Shown: positions 14,565 to 30,024, counted from the stretch's first letter. The stretch: DNA of 64,000 nucleotides from Escherichia coli (GCF_017348835.2 NZ_CP071375.1), one strand, 5' to 3'. The notes: a model not told the origin generated them from the letters alone. Translations and numbers: made by a program.

Positions 14565-14984
14565 TTACCAGTGGCCCATACCCATATGACCGCCACCACC
14601 GCAGCCGCCGTAACCCATTCCGGTACCGCGCGGAATACCCGCTTCAGCCATCGCAATATCTCGTTTCACCCGTAACTCATCTAACGACTGACGCAAATTC
14701 TCCATCTCTTTGGCGACCGCGTTAATTTTGCTGCTATCCGGTGGGTTCGCGGCTAACAGGGCATTGTATTCATAACGCTTCGTCACCAGTTGCTGTTGCA
14801 GTGCGCTGCTTTGAGCGTAAAAGTCATTATGGATTTTCTGCCACGCTGTCTGTTGTTCGCTGGTCAAAGGCGCGGCATTTTGCTGCCACATACCGTGTCC
14901 GCCGTGAGCAAATGCAGATGTCGATCCCATCGCCATTGCTGAAAGCGCCATCATTACCAGGGCAATTTTCGTGTTCCGTTTCAT
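14565..14984 (-). CDS. zraP: Periplasmic zinc-resistance-associated chaperone
   Basis: Start taken at MKRNTKIALVMMALSAMA (signal peptide); Gly/His-rich C-terminus GGCGGGGHMGMGHW. Confidence 0.9.
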   Translation of the reverse strand: MKRNTKIALVMMALSAMAMGSTSAFAHGGHGMWQQNAAPLTSEQQTAWQKIHNDFYAQSSALQQQLVTKRYEYNALLAANPPDSSKINAVAKEMENLRQSLDELRVKRDIAMAEAGIPRGTGMGYGGCGGGGHMGMGHW

Positions 14985-15019
14985 GGTTAATCCTCCAGTG
15001 GTTGTCTTACTTCGGGTAT

Positions 15020-15190
15020 TGCATTTTCCGTGCCAACGGTGAAACGCTGATATGACGGGCAATCTGGCGTGATAGGCGAGTAAAAATGACTCGCCTGCTG
15101 CGGGTGGCGAGTCATTTTTACTCATTGAAACTTAAGTCTTTGTGTTACAGCGCAGGGTAAGCGCTGATAAAAGATGGCATGATTTCTGCT
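15020..15190. promoter_or_regulatory. Divergent sigma-54-type promoters for zraP and zraSR
   Basis: Minus strand TGGCACGGAAAATGCA at 15020-15035; plus strand TGGCATGATTTCTGCT at 15175-15190. Both show GG-N10-GC spacing. Confidence 0.55.
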
Positions 15191-15221
15191 GTCAGAAAGG
15201 GATGAGCAGGCAAAGAAGAAG

Positions 15222-16598
15222 ATGCGTTTTATGCAATGTTCTAAAGACTCCTTCGCTAAATGGTTAAGCGCGATCCTCCCCGTAGTCATTGTTGGGCTGG
15301 TGGGGTTGTTTGCGGTAACGGTGATTCGCGATTATGGGCGCGAGACTGCCGCCGCCAGACAAACGCTGCTGGAAAAAGGCAGTGTACTTATTCGCGCTCT
15401 TGAATCCGGCTCGCGCGTCGGCATGGGGATGCGCATGCATCATGCGCAGCAGCAGGCCTTACTGGAAGAAATGGCCGGGCAGCCTGGAGTACGTTGGTTT
15501 GCGGTCACGGATGAACAAGGAACAATCGTGATGCATAGCAACTCCGGCATGGTGGGAAAACAGCTTTATTCCCCGCAGGAAATGCAGCAGTTACATCCGG
15601 GAGATGAAGAAGTGTGGCGGCGGATCGATAGCGCAGACGGCGAGCCTGTTCTGGAAATTTATCGCCAGTTTCAACCGATGTTTGCTGCTGGAATGCACCG
15701 GATGCGCCATATGCAGCAGTATGCCGCGACACCACAAGCAATTTTCATCGCTTTCGACGCCAGTAATATTGTGAGTGCCGAAGATCGTGAGCAGAGAAAC
15801 ACCCTGATTATCCTCTTCGCCCTGGCGACGGTCTTGCTGGCAAGCGTATTGTCATTCTTCTGGTATCGCCGTTATCTGCGCTCGCGCCAGCTTCTACAAG
15901 ATGAAATGAAGCGCAAAGAGAAGCTGGTGGCGCTGGGGCATCTTGCGGCAGGCGTTGCCCACGAAATCCGTAACCCACTTTCCTCGATTAAAGGACTGGC
16001 GAAATACTTTGCCGAGCGCGCGCCTGCAGGGGGAGAAGCGCATCAACTGGCGCAGGTGATGGCGAAAGAGGCCGACCGTTTAAACCGCGTGGTAAGCGAG
16101 TTGCTGGAACTGGTTAAGCCAACGCATCTGGCATTGCAGGCGGTGGATCTCAACACGCTGATTAACCACTCATTACAGCTGGTAAGCCAGGATGCAAACA
16201 GCCGGGAGATCCAGTTACGCTTTACCGCCAACGACACATTACCGGAAATTCAGGCCGATCCGGACAGGCTGACTCAGGTCCTGTTGAATCTCTATCTCAA
16301 TGCTATTCAGGCGATTGGTCAGCATGGCGTGATTAGCGTGACGGCCTGCGAAAGCGGCGCGGGCGTGAAAATCAGCGTTACCGACAGCGGTAAGGGAATT
16401 GCGGCAGATCAGCTTGAAGCCATCTTCACTCCGTACTTCACCACCAAAGCCGAAGGCACCGGATTGGGGCTGGCGGTCGTGCATAATATTGTTGAACAAC
16501 ACGGTGGTACAATTCAGGTCGCAAGCCAGAAGGGAAAAGGCTCAACGTTCACCCTCTGGCTTCCGGTCAATATTACGCGTAAGGACCCACAAGGATGA
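15222..16598 (+). CDS. zraS: Two-component sensor histidine kinase
   Basis: 458-aa ORF with H-box (AAGVAHEIRNPLSSIKG) and ATPase G-boxes; overlaps zraR by 4 nt. Confidence 0.93.
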   Translation: MRFMQCSKDSFAKWLSAILPVVIVGLVGLFAVTVIRDYGRETAAARQTLLEKGSVLIRALESGSRVGMGMRMHHAQQQALLEEMAGQPGVRWFAVTDEQGTIVMHSNSGMVGKQLYSPQEMQQLHPGDEEVWRRIDSADGEPVLEIYRQFQPMFAAGMHRMRHMQQYAATPQAIFIAFDASNIVSAEDREQRNTLIILFALATVLLASVLSFFWYRRYLRSRQLLQDEMKRKEKLVALGHLAAGVAHEIRNPLSSIKGLAKYFAERAPAGGEAHQLAQVMAKEADRLNRVVSELLELVKPTHLALQAVDLNTLINHSLQLVSQDANSREIQLRFTANDTLPEIQADPDRLTQVLLNLYLNAIQAIGQHGVISVTACESGAGVKISVTDSGKGIAADQLEAIFTPYFTTKAEGTGLGLAVVHNIVEQHGGTIQVASQKGKGSTFTLWLPVNITRKDPQG

Positions 16599-17920
16599 CG
16601 CACGATAATATCGATATTCTGGTGGTGGATGATGACATTAGCCACTGCACTATTTTGCAGGCTTTACTGCGCGGCTGGGGCTATAACGTCGCGCTGGCGA
16701 ACAGCGGGCGACAGGCGCTGGAGCAGGTGCGGGAACAGGTTTTTGATCTTGTGCTTTGCGATGTGCGAATGGCGGAGATGGACGGCATCGCCACGCTGAA
16801 AGAGATCAAAGCGTTAAACCCGGCGATTCCGGTACTGATTATGACCGCGTACTCCAGCGTCGAGACGGCGGTAGAAGCGTTGAAAACCGGGGCGCTGGAT
16901 TATCTCATCAAGCCGCTGGATTTCGATAACCTACAGGCGACGCTGGAAAAGGCGCTCGCGCATACGCACAGTATTGATGCTGAAACACCTGCGGTGACTG
17001 CCAGCCAGTTCGGTATGGTCGGTAAAAGCCCGGCGATGCAACACCTGCTCAGTGAAATCGCCCTCGTCGCGCCATCGGAAGCCACGGTGCTGATCCACGG
17101 CGATTCCGGCACCGGTAAAGAGCTGGTCGCCAGGGCGATTCACGCCAGTAGCGCACGTAGCGAAAAACCGCTGGTAACGCTCAACTGTGCGGCACTCAAC
17201 GAATCCTTGCTGGAATCTGAATTGTTCGGTCACGAAAAAGGGGCGTTTACCGGAGCCGATAAACGCCGGGAAGGGCGCTTTGTTGAGGCGGACGGCGGCA
17301 CGCTGTTTCTCGATGAAATTGGCGATATCTCGCCGATGATGCAGGTGCGTCTGCTGCGTGCGATTCAGGAGCGCGAAGTTCAGCGTGTCGGTAGCAACCA
17401 GACTATCTCGGTTGATGTCCGGCTGATTGCGGCGACCCATCGCGATCTTGCCGCAGAGGTGAATGCCGGGCGTTTTCGCCAGGATCTCTACTATCGCCTG
17501 AATGTGGTGGCGATTGAAGTACCATCGCTGCGGCAACGGCGGGAAGATATCCCTCTGCTGGCTGGCCATTTTCTGCAGCGCTTTGCCGAGCGTAATCGCA
17601 AGGCGGTAAAAGGCTTTACGCCACAGGCGATGGATTTGCTGATCCACTACGACTGGCCGGGAAATATTCGTGAACTGGAAAATGCGGTGGAACGGGCGGT
17701 GGTGCTGCTGACCGGGGAATATATTTCCGAACGCGAGCTGCCGCTGGCGATTGCCGGTACGCCGATCCCGCTGGGGCAAAGTCAGGATATTCAGCCGCTG
17801 GTGGAAGTCGAAAAAGAAGTGATTCTGGCGGCACTGGAGAAAACGGGCGGCAACAAAACCGAAGCCGCCCGTCAGTTAGGGATCACGCGCAAAACGCTAT
17901 TGGCAAAACTGTCGCGTTAG
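16595..17920 (+). CDS. zraR: Sigma-54-dependent response regulator
   Basis: 441-aa ORF with receiver domain, AAA+ sigma-54 interaction domain (GESGTGKE-like [14 protein letters not shown]) and C-terminal HTH. Confidence 0.93.
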   Translation: MTHDNIDILVVDDDISHCTILQALLRGWGYNVALANSGRQALEQVREQVFDLVLCDVRMAEMDGIATLKEIKALNPAIPVLIMTAYSSVETAVEALKTGALDYLIKPLDFDNLQATLEKALAHTHSIDAETPAVTASQFGMVGKSPAMQHLLSEIALVAPSEATVLIHGDSGTGKELVARAIHASSARSEKPLVTLNCAALNESLLESELFGHEKGAFTGADKRREGRFVEADGGTLFLDEIGDISPMMQVRLLRAIQEREVQRVGSNQTISVDVRLIAATHRDLAAEVNAGRFRQDLYYRLNVVAIEVPSLRQRREDIPLLAGHFLQRFAERNRKAVKGFTPQAMDLLIHYDWPGNIRELENAVERAVVLLTGEYISERELPLAIAGTPIPLGQSQDIQPLVEVEKEVILAALEKTGGNKTEAARQLGITRKTLLAKLSR

Positions 17921-19206
17921 TTCTGCTCGCGTTCGATGGCGCGCCAGCCGATATCTTTCCGGCAGAAGCAGTCGTCCCAGTGGATATCGGTCATTAAGTC
18001 ATAGGCGCGTTTCTGCGCTTCTGCTACGGTATGACCCAGCGCGGTGACGCACAGTACGCGCCCGCCGCTGGTCACTACCTGCTCGTCATCCGCCAGTTTT
18101 GTGCCCGCGTGGAACACTTTGCCGCCTGCCACTTCTTCCAGCGGCAGGCCGTGGATCACATCACCGGTGCGGTAATCACCCGGATATCCACCCGCAGCCA
18201 TCACCACGCCGAGAGAAGCGCGTTCATCCCACTCGGATGTTTTCTCGTCCAGCTTGCCTTCACAGGCTGCCAGGCAGAGTTCAACCAGATCGGACTTCAT
18301 GCGCAGCATAATCGGCTGGGTTTCTGGATCGCCAAAGCGGCAGTTAAATTCGATAACCTTCGGATTGCCCTGTTTGTCGATCATCAGACCCGCGTAGAGA
18401 AAACCGGTGTAGGTGTTGCCTTCCGCCGCCATGCCTTTCACGGTTGGCCAGATAATACGTTCCATGGTGCGCTGATGAACTTCATCGGTTACTACCGGCG
18501 CGGGGGAGTAAGCGCCCATCCCGCCGGTGTTTGGTCCGGTATCTTTATCGCCTACGCGTTTGTGATCCTGGCTGGTGGCCATCGGCAATACATGCTCGCC
18601 GTCCACCATCACGATAAAGCTCGCTTCTTCGCCATCGAGGAACTCTTCGATAACGATGCGATGACCCGCGTCGCCAAAAGCGTTGCCCGCCAGCATATCG
18701 TGAACAGCCGCTTCCGCTTCTTCCAGCGTCATCGCCACGATAACGCCTTTCCCGGCAGCCAGACCGTCAGCTTTAATGACGATTGGCGCGCCTTTCTCAC
18801 GCAGATACGCCAGCGCAGGTTCTACCTCGGTGAAGTTCTGGTATTCCGCCGTAGGGATCTTATGGCGGGCCAGGAAATCTTTGGTAAACGCTTTTGAGCC
18901 TTCCAGTTGGGCCGCACCTGCGGTTGGGCCGAAGATTTTCAGCCCGGCGGCGCGGAAGGTATCGACCACGCCTTTCACCAGCGGCGCTTCCGGGCCGACG
19001 ATGGTCAGATCAATCTTTTCGTTTTGTGCGAAATCCAACAGCGCCGGGATATCGGTCACGCCGATAGCAACGTTTTGCAGCGCGGGTTCCAGCGCAGTGC
19101 CTGCATTACCCGGAGCAACAAAAACAGTCTCAACCAGCGGCGACTGGGCCGCTTTCCAGGCCAGCGCGTGCTCGCGCCCGCCGTTACCAATCACTAATAC
19201 TTTCAT
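17917..19206 (-). CDS. purD: Phosphoribosylamine-glycine ligase
   Basis: 429-aa ORF MKVLVIGNGGREHALAWK...; operon with purH. Confidence 0.95.
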   Translation of the reverse strand: MKVLVIGNGGREHALAWKAAQSPLVETVFVAPGNAGTALEPALQNVAIGVTDIPALLDFAQNEKIDLTIVGPEAPLVKGVVDTFRAAGLKIFGPTAGAAQLEGSKAFTKDFLARHKIPTAEYQNFTEVEPALAYLREKGAPIVIKADGLAAGKGVIVAMTLEEAEAAVHDMLAGNAFGDAGHRIVIEEFLDGEEASFIVMVDGEHVLPMATSQDHKRVGDKDTGPNTGGMGAYSPAPVVTDEVHQRTMERIIWPTVKGMAAEGNTYTGFLYAGLMIDKQGNPKVIEFNCRFGDPETQPIMLRMKSDLVELCLAACEGKLDEKTSEWDERASLGVVMAAGGYPGDYRTGDVIHGLPLEEVAGGKVFHAGTKLADDEQVVTSGGRVLCVTALGHTVAEAQKRAYDLMTDIHWDDCFCRKDIGWRAIEREQN

Positions 19207-19217
19207 CTATTGCTCCA

Positions 19218-20807
19218 TTAATGGCGGAAGTGGCGCATGTCGGTGAAGAGCATCGCAATACCGTGCTCGTCGGCGGCGGCAATCACTTCGTCATCACGGA
19301 TGGAACCGCCAGGCTGGATTACGCAGGTCACGCCCGCAGCGGCGGCGGCATCAATACCGTCGCGGAACGGGAAGAACGCGTCAGAAGCCATCGAGGAACC
19401 TTTCACTTCCAGGCCTTCATCGGCAGCTTTAATACCGGCGATTTTCGCGGAGTACACGCGGCTCATCTGGCCCGCGCCAATACCGATGGTCATATTGTTT
19501 TTGGCATAGACGATAGCATTGGATTTCACGAACTTCGCCACTTTCCAGCAGAACAGCGCATCACGCAGTTCCTGTTCGGTCGGCTGACGTTGGGTGACGA
19601 CGCGCAGTTCTTCCGCACCGACCATCCCCAGGTCACGATCCTGAACCAGCAGACCGCCGTTCACGCGTTTGAAATCAAGACCCGGAACACGCTCGCCCCA
19701 CTGACCGCAGGTCAGAACGCGTACGTTCTGCTTGGCGGCGGTGATTTTCAGGGCTTCTTCGCTGGCGGAAGGCGCAATAATCACTTCGACAAACTGACGA
19801 GAAATGATGGCCTGTGCGGTTTCCGCATCCAGCTCGCGGTTAAAGGCAATGATGCCGCCGAATGCGGAGGTTGGGTCGGTTTTGTACGCGCGATCGTAAG
19901 CATCAAGAATGGAATTGCCGATAGCCACGCCGCAAGGGTTGGCGTGCTTCACAATCACACATGCCGGCTCGGCGAACTCTTTCACGCACTCCAGCGCCGC
20001 ATCGGTATCGGCGATGTTGTTATAAGAGAGGGCTTTACCCTGAACCTGGGTTGCGGTAGCAACGGAGGCCTCTTTCACATTCTCTTCTATATAGAAGGCA
20101 GCCTGCTGGTGGCTGTTCTCGCCGTAACGCATATCCTGCTTCTTAATGAAGTTCAGGTTCAGCGTGCGTGGGAAGCGACCGGCGGCTTCTTTGCTTTCAC
20201 CGTGGTAAGCCGGAACCATGCTGCCGAAGTAGTTGGCAATCATGCTGTCGTAGGCGGCAGTGTGTTCGAAGGCTTTGATGGCGAGGTCGAAACGGGTTGC
20301 AAGCGTCAGCGATCCTTCGTTGTCATCCATCTCTTTAATAATGGCGTCGTAGTCGCTGCTCTTCACCACGATTGCGACATCTTTATGGTTCTTGGCGGCG
20401 GAGCGCACCATCGTTGGGCCGCCGATATCGATGTTCTCAACCGCATCTTCCAGCGAGCAACCTTCACGGGCCACGGTCTGGGCGAACGGATACAGGTTAA
20501 CAACCACCATATCGATAGGCTGGATCTGATGTTCTTCCATAATGGCATCGTCCTGGCCGCGACGGCCCAGAATGCCACCATGTACTTTCGGATGCAGGGT
20601 CTTCACGCGTCCATCCATCATCTCTGGGAAACCGGTGTAATCGGAAACTTCGGTTACCGGCAGACCTTTTTCTGCTAACAGACGGGCAGTGCCCCCTGTA
20701 GACAGCAGCTCCACACCGCGTGCGGAAAGTGCCTGGGCGAATTCGACGATACCGGCTTTGTCAGAAACACTGAGCAGAGCGCGGCGGACTGGACGACGTT
20801 GTTGCAT
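19218..20807 (-). CDS. purH: Bifunctional AICAR transformylase / IMP cyclohydrolase
   Basis: 529-aa [30 protein letters not shown]... Confidence 0.95.
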   Translation of the reverse strand: MQQRRPVRRALLSVSDKAGIVEFAQALSARGVELLSTGGTARLLAEKGLPVTEVSDYTGFPEMMDGRVKTLHPKVHGGILGRRGQDDAIMEEHQIQPIDMVVVNLYPFAQTVAREGCSLEDAVENIDIGGPTMVRSAAKNHKDVAIVVKSSDYDAIIKEMDDNEGSLTLATRFDLAIKAFEHTAAYDSMIANYFGSMVPAYHGESKEAAGRFPRTLNLNFIKKQDMRYGENSHQQAAFYIEENVKEASVATATQVQGKALSYNNIADTDAALECVKEFAEPACVIVKHANPCGVAIGNSILDAYDRAYKTDPTSAFGGIIAFNRELDAETAQAIISRQFVEVIIAPSASEEALKITAAKQNVRVLTCGQWGERVPGLDFKRVNGGLLVQDRDLGMVGAEELRVVTQRQPTEQELRDALFCWKVAKFVKSNAIVYAKNNMTIGIGAGQMSRVYSAKIAGIKAADEGLEVKGSSMASDAFFPFRDGIDAAAAAGVTCVIQPGGSIRDDEVIAAADEHGIAMLFTDMRHFRH

Positions 20808-20914
20808 GGTAAATCCCCTGGATTTGACTATTACAGAGAGCGTTAGCTGAATTTTTCGCGAAAAACTCAGCTAACGCCCCTAACGGGGCATCCTTATTTT
20901 TCGCTCGCATTGTA

Positions 20915-20930
20915 ACGAAAACGTTTGCGC
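20915..20930. promoter_or_regulatory. PurR operator (PUR box) upstream of purHD
   Basis: Minus strand reads GCGCAAACGTTTTCGT, a near-perfect match to the palindromic PurR box. Confidence 0.6.
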
Positions 20931-21094
20931 AACGCTCGCGAATTTTTCTCTTTCAATGGTGATCACAATTTTGACAGTGGTTACCGTGGGAAAAATACAG
21001 AAATTACATTGATGATTGTGGATAACTCTGTGCGTAAAAAGGTATAAAGCGGGCTTTTGCTGGGGAATGCAGCAGTCAGTCATTTTTCAGCAAT

Positions 21095-21245
21095 TTTTCT
21101 ATTGCGGCCTGCGGAGAACTCCCTATAATGCGCCTCCATCGACACGGCGGATGTGAATCACTTCACACAAACAGCCGGTTCGGTTGAAGAGAAAAATCCT
21201 GAAATTCAGGGTTGACTCTGAAAGAGGAAAGCGTAATATACGCCA
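21095..21245 (+). promoter_or_regulatory. rRNA operon tandem promoters P1 and P2
   Basis: P1: TTGCGG (21102-21107), 16-nt spacer, TATAAT (21124-21129), GC-rich discriminator. P2: TTGACT (21212-21217), 17-nt spacer, TAATAT (21235-21240). AT-rich upstream region. Confidence 0.7.
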
Positions 21246-21277
21246 CCTCGCGACAGTGCGCTAAAGCGCGTCGCAAC

Positions 21278-21290
21278 TGCTCTTTAACAA
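21278..21290 (+). promoter_or_regulatory. boxA antitermination element of the rRNA leader
   Basis: TGCTCTTTAACAA matches the rrn boxA consensus. Confidence 0.8.
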
Positions 21291-21421
21291 TTTATCAGAC
21301 AATCTGTGTGGGCACTCGAAGATACGGATTCTTAACGTCGCAAGACGAAAAATGAATACCAAGTCTCAAGAGTGAACACGTAATTCATTACGAAGTTTAA
21401 TTCTTTGAGCATCAAACTTTT

Positions 21422-22963
<1,542 letters not shown>

Positions 22964-23048
22964 CCTTAAAGAAGCGTTCTTTGTAGTGCTCACACAGATT
23001 GTCTGATAGAAAGTGAAAAGCAAGGCGTCTTGCGAAGCAGACTGATAC

Positions 23049-23124
23049 GTCCCCTTCGTCTAGAGGCCCAGGACACCGCCCTTTCACGGCGGTAACAGGG
23101 GTTCGAATCCCCTAGGGGACGCCA
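23049..23124 (+). tRNA. gltV: tRNA-Glu (anticodon UUC) in the 16S-23S spacer
   Basis: GTCCCCTTCGTCTAGAGGCCCAGGACACCGCCCTTTCACGGCGGTAACAGGGGTTCGAATCCCCTAGGGGACGCCA, 76 nt with encoded CCA. Confidence 0.95.
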
Positions 23125-23308
23125 CTTGCTGGTTTGTGAGTGAAAGTCACCTGCCTTGATATCTCAAAACTCATCTTCGGGTGATGTTTGAGATATTTGC
23201 TCTTTAAAAATCTGGATCAAGCTGAAAATTGAAACACTGAACAATGAAAGTTGTTCGTGAGTCTCTCAAATTTTCGCAACTCTGAAGTGAAACATCTTCG
23301 GGTTGTGA

Positions 23309-26212
<2,904 letters not shown>

Positions 26213-26305
26213 CAACGCCGAAGGTGTTTTGGCGGATTGAGAGAAGATTTTCAGCCTGATACAGATTAGATTAACCGGCGGTAAGCGGGTTAATACGACA
26301 GAATT

Positions 26306-26425
26306 TGCCTGGCGGCAGTAGCGCGGTGGTCCCACCTGACCCCATGCCGAACTCAGAAGTGAAACGCCGTAGCGCCGATGGTAGTGTGGGGTCTCCCCAT
26401 GCGAGAGTAGGGAACTGCCAGGCAT
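26306..26425 (+). rRNA. rrfE: 5S ribosomal RNA
   Basis: TGCCTGGCGGCAGTAGCGCGGTGGTCCCACCTGACCCC...GGGAACTGCCAGGCAT, 120 nt. Confidence 0.97.
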
Positions 26426-26434
26426 CAAATTAGA

Positions 26435-26466
26435 AAAACCCCGGTCCATAAGGCCGGGGTTTTTTG
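26435..26466 (+). terminator. rRNA operon terminator
   Basis: aaaaaccccggtccataaggccggggttttttg hairpin with T-run. Confidence 0.85.
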
Positions 26467-26499
26467 CATATCAATTATTTGCATGATGAAGGGAATCTC

Positions 26500-26883
26500 A
26501 TGTCAGTTCTGTATATCCAAATTCGTCGTAATCAAATTACTGTTCGCGATCTTGAAAGCAAACGTGAAGTGTCAGGAGACGCTGCCTTCAGTAACCAGCG
26601 CCTGTTAATCGCCAATTTCTTTGTTGCAGAAAAAGTTCTGCAAGATCTTGTTCTGCAACTCCACCCACGTTCAACCTGGCATTCTTTTTTGCCAGCAAAA
26701 CGTATGGATATTGTTGTGAGCGCGCTGGAAATGAATGAGGGCGGTTTGTCACAGGTTGAGGAACGCATTCTACATGAAGTGGTCGCTGGGGCAACGTTAA
26801 TGAAATATCGCCAGTTCCACATCCATGCGCAATCAGCGGTACTCAGTGATAGTGCGGTCATGGCAATGCTTAAGCAGAAATAA
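26500..26883 (+). CDS. yjaA: Conserved protein of unknown function
   Basis: 127-aa product from MSVLYIQIRRNQ; conserved position after the rrn operon. Confidence 0.85.
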   Translation: MSVLYIQIRRNQITVRDLESKREVSGDAAFSNQRLLIANFFVAEKVLQDLVLQLHPRSTWHSFLPAKRMDIVVSALEMNEGGLSQVEERILHEVVAGATLMKYRQFHIHAQSAVLSDSAVMAMLKQK

Positions 26884-26946
26884 TCGTGTCACCATTGGTG
26901 GGTACGAAACCTGAAGTTCAGCCCACCGGGATGAGAAAAAAATCAC

Positions 26947-27390
26947 CTACGCCCCCACATACGCCAGATTCAGCAACGGATACGGTTTCCCCAAATCGTC
27001 CACCTCAGAGCGTCCCGTAACCTTAAAACCCACCTTCTTATAGAACCCAACCGCCTGCTCATTTTGCTCATTAACGTTGGTTGTCAGTTCCGGTGCCATC
27101 GAGAGCGCATGCTCCACCAGCATCCGACCCACGCCGCAGCCGCGCACATCAGGATCGATAAACAGCGCATCCATATGCTGCCCACTTAACAACATAAACC
27201 CAACCGGCTGATCCCGTTCATTAACCGCGACCCACAACGGTGCTTCCGGCAGAAAGGAACGAACCAGCTCTTCCAGCTCGGCCCGATACTCTGCTGATAA
27301 AAAATCGTGAGTGGCATCGACAGAACGACACCAAATCGCAACGAGTTCCTCCCCTTCCTCATGCCGTGAGCGGCGAATACTAATAACCAT
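26947..27390 (-). CDS. yjaB: GNAT-family N-acetyltransferase
   Basis: 147-aa ORF with GNAT acetyl-CoA motif region (RGCGVGRMLVEHAL). Confidence 0.88.
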   Translation of the reverse strand: MVISIRRSRHEEGEELVAIWCRSVDATHDFLSAEYRAELEELVRSFLPEAPLWVAVNERDQPVGFMLLSGQHMDALFIDPDVRGCGVGRMLVEHALSMAPELTTNVNEQNEQAVGFYKKVGFKVTGRSEVDDLGKPYPLLNLAYVGA

Positions 27391-27495
27391 TTTCTCTCCT
27401 TTTCGTCATTCTTATATTCTAACGTAGCCTTTTCCTTGAAACTTTCTCACCTTCAACATGCAGGCTCGACATTGGCAAATTTTCTGGTTATCTTC

Positions 27496-27527
27496 AGCTA
27501 TCTGGATGTCTAAACGTATAAGCGTAT
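27496..27527 (+). promoter_or_regulatory. Tandem MetJ boxes in the metA promoter
   Basis: Four consecutive 8-bp units AGCTATCT-GGATGTCT-AAACGTAT-AAGCGTAT resembling the AGACGTCT met box. Confidence 0.55.
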
Positions 27528-27546
27528 GTGGTGAGGTAATCAGGTT

Positions 27547-28476
27547 ATGCCGATTCGTGTGCCGGACGAGCTGCCCGCCGTCAATTTCTTGCGTGAAGAA
27601 AACGTCTTTGTGATGACAACTTCTCGTGCGTCTGGTCAGGAAATTCGTCCACTTAAGGTTCTGATCCTTAACCTGATGCCGAAGAAGATTGAAACTGAAA
27701 ATCAATTTCTGCGCCTGCTTTCAAACTCACCTTTGCAGGTCGATATTCAGCTGTTGCGCATCGATTCCCGTGAATCGCGCAACACGCCCGCAGAGCATCT
27801 GAACAACTTCTACTGTAACTTTGAAGATATTCAGGAACAGAACTTTGACGGTCTGATTGTAACCGGTGCGCCGCTGGGCCTGGTGGAGTTTAATGATGTC
27901 GCTTACTGGCCGCAGATCAAACAGGTGCTGGAGTGGTCGAAAGATCACGTCACCTCGACGCTGTTTGTCTGCTGGGCGGTACAGGCCGCGCTCAATATCC
28001 TCTACGGCATTCCTAAGCAAACTCGCACCGACAAACTCTCTGGCGTTTACGAGCATCATATTCTCCATCCTCATGCGCTTCTGACGCGTGGCTTTGATGA
28101 TTCATTCCTGGCACCACATTCGCGCTATGCTGACTTTCCGGCAGCGTTGATTCGTGATTATACCGATCTGGAAATTCTGGCAGAGACAGAAGAAGGAGAT
28201 GCGTATCTGTTTGCCAGCAAAGACAAGCGTATCGCCTTTGTGACGGGGCATCCGGAATACGACGCACATACGCTGGCGCAGGAATATTTCCGCGATGAGG
28301 AAGCCGGACTAAAACCGGATGTACCGTATAACTATTTTCCGCACAACGATCCGCAAAACAAACCGCGAGCGAGCTGGCGTAGTCACGGTAATTTGCTATT
28401 TACCAACTGGCTCAACTATTACGTCTACCAGATCACGCCATACGATCTGCGCCGTATGAATCCAACGCTGGATTAA
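27547..28476 (+). CDS. metA: Homoserine O-succinyltransferase
   Basis: 309-aa [26 protein letters not shown]... Confidence 0.95.
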   Translation: MPIRVPDELPAVNFLREENVFVMTTSRASGQEIRPLKVLILNLMPKKIETENQFLRLLSNSPLQVDIQLLRIDSRESRNTPAEHLNNFYCNFEDIQEQNFDGLIVTGAPLGLVEFNDVAYWPQIKQVLEWSKDHVTSTLFVCWAVQAALNILYGIPKQTRTDKLSGVYEHHILHPHALLTRGFDDSFLAPHSRYADFPAALIRDYTDLEILAETEEGDAYLFASKDKRIAFVTGHPEYDAHTLAQEYFRDEEAGLKPDVPYNYFPHNDPQNKPRASWRSHGNLLFTNWLNYYVYQITPYDLRRMNPTLD

Positions 28477-28482
28477 TCCTTA

Positions 28483-28510
28483 CAGCTCCCGAAACTTCAT
28501 TCGGGAGCTG
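28483..28510. terminator. Hairpin between convergent metA and the dehydratase gene
   Basis: cagctcccgaa-acttca-ttcgggagctg, 11-bp stem. Confidence 0.6.
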
Positions 28511-28516
28511 TCTCTG

Positions 28517-29704
28517 TCAGGCCATCCGACAAGCTACTGGTGAATAATCGAAGGCTTTATAGGTCAGAACAAACTCTTTATGCCCCAGCCGCTCTGCGCT
28601 ACAAAGTTTACCGCTGCTGACTTCCTCAATGCAGTGCAACATATCGCTTGCGACATCATCAAGCGATGCACCTTCACTGATAATCCTGCCAGCATTAATA
28701 TCCATATCATCCGCCATATTGGCCCAGGTTTGTGGGTTGTTACAGACTTTAATCACTGGCGCAATTACGGAGCCGATCACTGAACCTCGTCCGGTGGTAA
28801 ACAAAATCATATGACATCCGGTAGCGATAAGTTCCATCGCTTCTGATGAGTCATTGATGTTGGGATAGCCGAAACGCGCTTCGCCGTCGGGAACCACATC
28901 CATCAGATACAGACCAGGGTAAGGGGCATGTTCTGTCGGGAGTAAAACGCCCTGAATAGGGCTATCGCCTGACTTTGTATAGGCACCCAGCGATTTTTCT
29001 TCTTGCGTGGTTAACCCGCCGACGGCGTTACCGTTAGAAAAACTGCCTAAACCCATTGTCGCGTAATAGCGTTTAGCTTTATCCATTGCTGCATCAATCG
29101 CCTCTCTGGCCGCAGGTGTCGCCGCTCGCGCCATCATGTGGCCTTCACAACCAATCAACTCGCCGCTCTCTTCAAAAATGCAGGTCGCGCCTTGTGCGAG
29201 GAGTCGATCAAACGCGCGACCTACGGCAGGATTGCCCGTAATGCCGCTGGTGCCGTCGGAACCGCCGCAAATCGTACCAATAACTAAATCACTGAACGCA
29301 ATCGGGCGAACCGCCACCTGCTTAATTTGCGCCAGCATCTCTGTGACACAAACTTTGCCCCGTTTGATGGTTTCTGTAGTTCCCTTATTTTCCTGGATAA
29401 CCAGCTTATGGCATGGGCGACCACTGGCGATGACATCTTCATAAAGTTTATCGCGATCAAAGTTTTCGCAGCCGAGGGCGATAATCAACACCGCACCAAC
29501 ATTGGGATGGGTCGCCAGTCCTTTTACCAGTCGGTAGCCGTAGTCCGTGGGGTAACAGCCGGAAAAACCAAAATACTGCACGTCTTCATTTGTGAAAGAC
29601 TCAGCGATCGCTTTGGCAACGTGGCTGGCGCATTCCACCATAAAGATGACTTGTACGCTGTTACGTATACCGACTCTGCCATCTTGTCTCATGTAACCCT
29701 GCAT
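28517..29704 (-). CDS. UxaA-family (altronate/galactarate-type) sugar-acid dehydratase, catalytic large subunit
   Basis: 395-aa ORF resembling the C-terminal catalytic part of altronate dehydratase; start ATG overlaps the upstream stop by 1 nt. Confidence 0.7.
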   Translation of the reverse strand: MQGYMRQDGRVGIRNSVQVIFMVECASHVAKAIAESFTNEDVQYFGFSGCYPTDYGYRLVKGLATHPNVGAVLIIALGCENFDRDKLYEDVIASGRPCHKLVIQENKGTTETIKRGKVCVTEMLAQIKQVAVRPIAFSDLVIGTICGGSDGTSGITGNPAVGRAFDRLLAQGATCIFEESGELIGCEGHMMARAATPAAREAIDAAMDKAKRYYATMGLGSFSNGNAVGGLTTQEEKSLGAYTKSGDSPIQGVLLPTEHAPYPGLYLMDVVPDGEARFGYPNINDSSEAMELIATGCHMILFTTGRGSVIGSVIAPVIKVCNNPQTWANMADDMDINAGRIISEGASLDDVASDMLHCIEEVSSGKLCSAERLGHKEFVLTYKAFDYSPVACRMA

Positions 29705-30024
29705 CAGGCCTCTCCTGCTGGCTCATAGCCCGCATTATCATGGTGGAATACGGCGATATAATCGCTGTTCAGGTTATGGGAATGGATATGCTCGCCAATA
29801 GGGATAGCCTGACTGGCAGAGCCAATGCCTGCGCCATATTTACGAACTTTATCGCCCTGACATAACGTTTCGATTGCCAGCTTATGCCCAAGAGCAACGT
29901 AGCTTTGTGCCACAAATTCACCACCGTCATAGTGGACGCGATCGCCTTGCTGAATATCTTCCAGGGCGACAACGCAGTTATCGAGTTTGTGTAATAGCAG
30001 AGCGCGTTTATTCATGTTCACCAA
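29704..30024 (-). CDS. SAF-domain small subunit of a UxaA-family dehydratase
   Basis: 106-aa ORF resembling the N-terminal SAF domain of UxaA-type dehydratases; TGATG overlap with the large subunit. Confidence 0.65.
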   Translation of the reverse strand: MVNMNKRALLLHKLDNCVVALEDIQQGDRVHYDGGEFVAQSYVALGHKLAIETLCQGDKVRKYGAGIGSASQAIPIGEHIHSHNLNSDYIAVFHHDNAGYEPAGEA

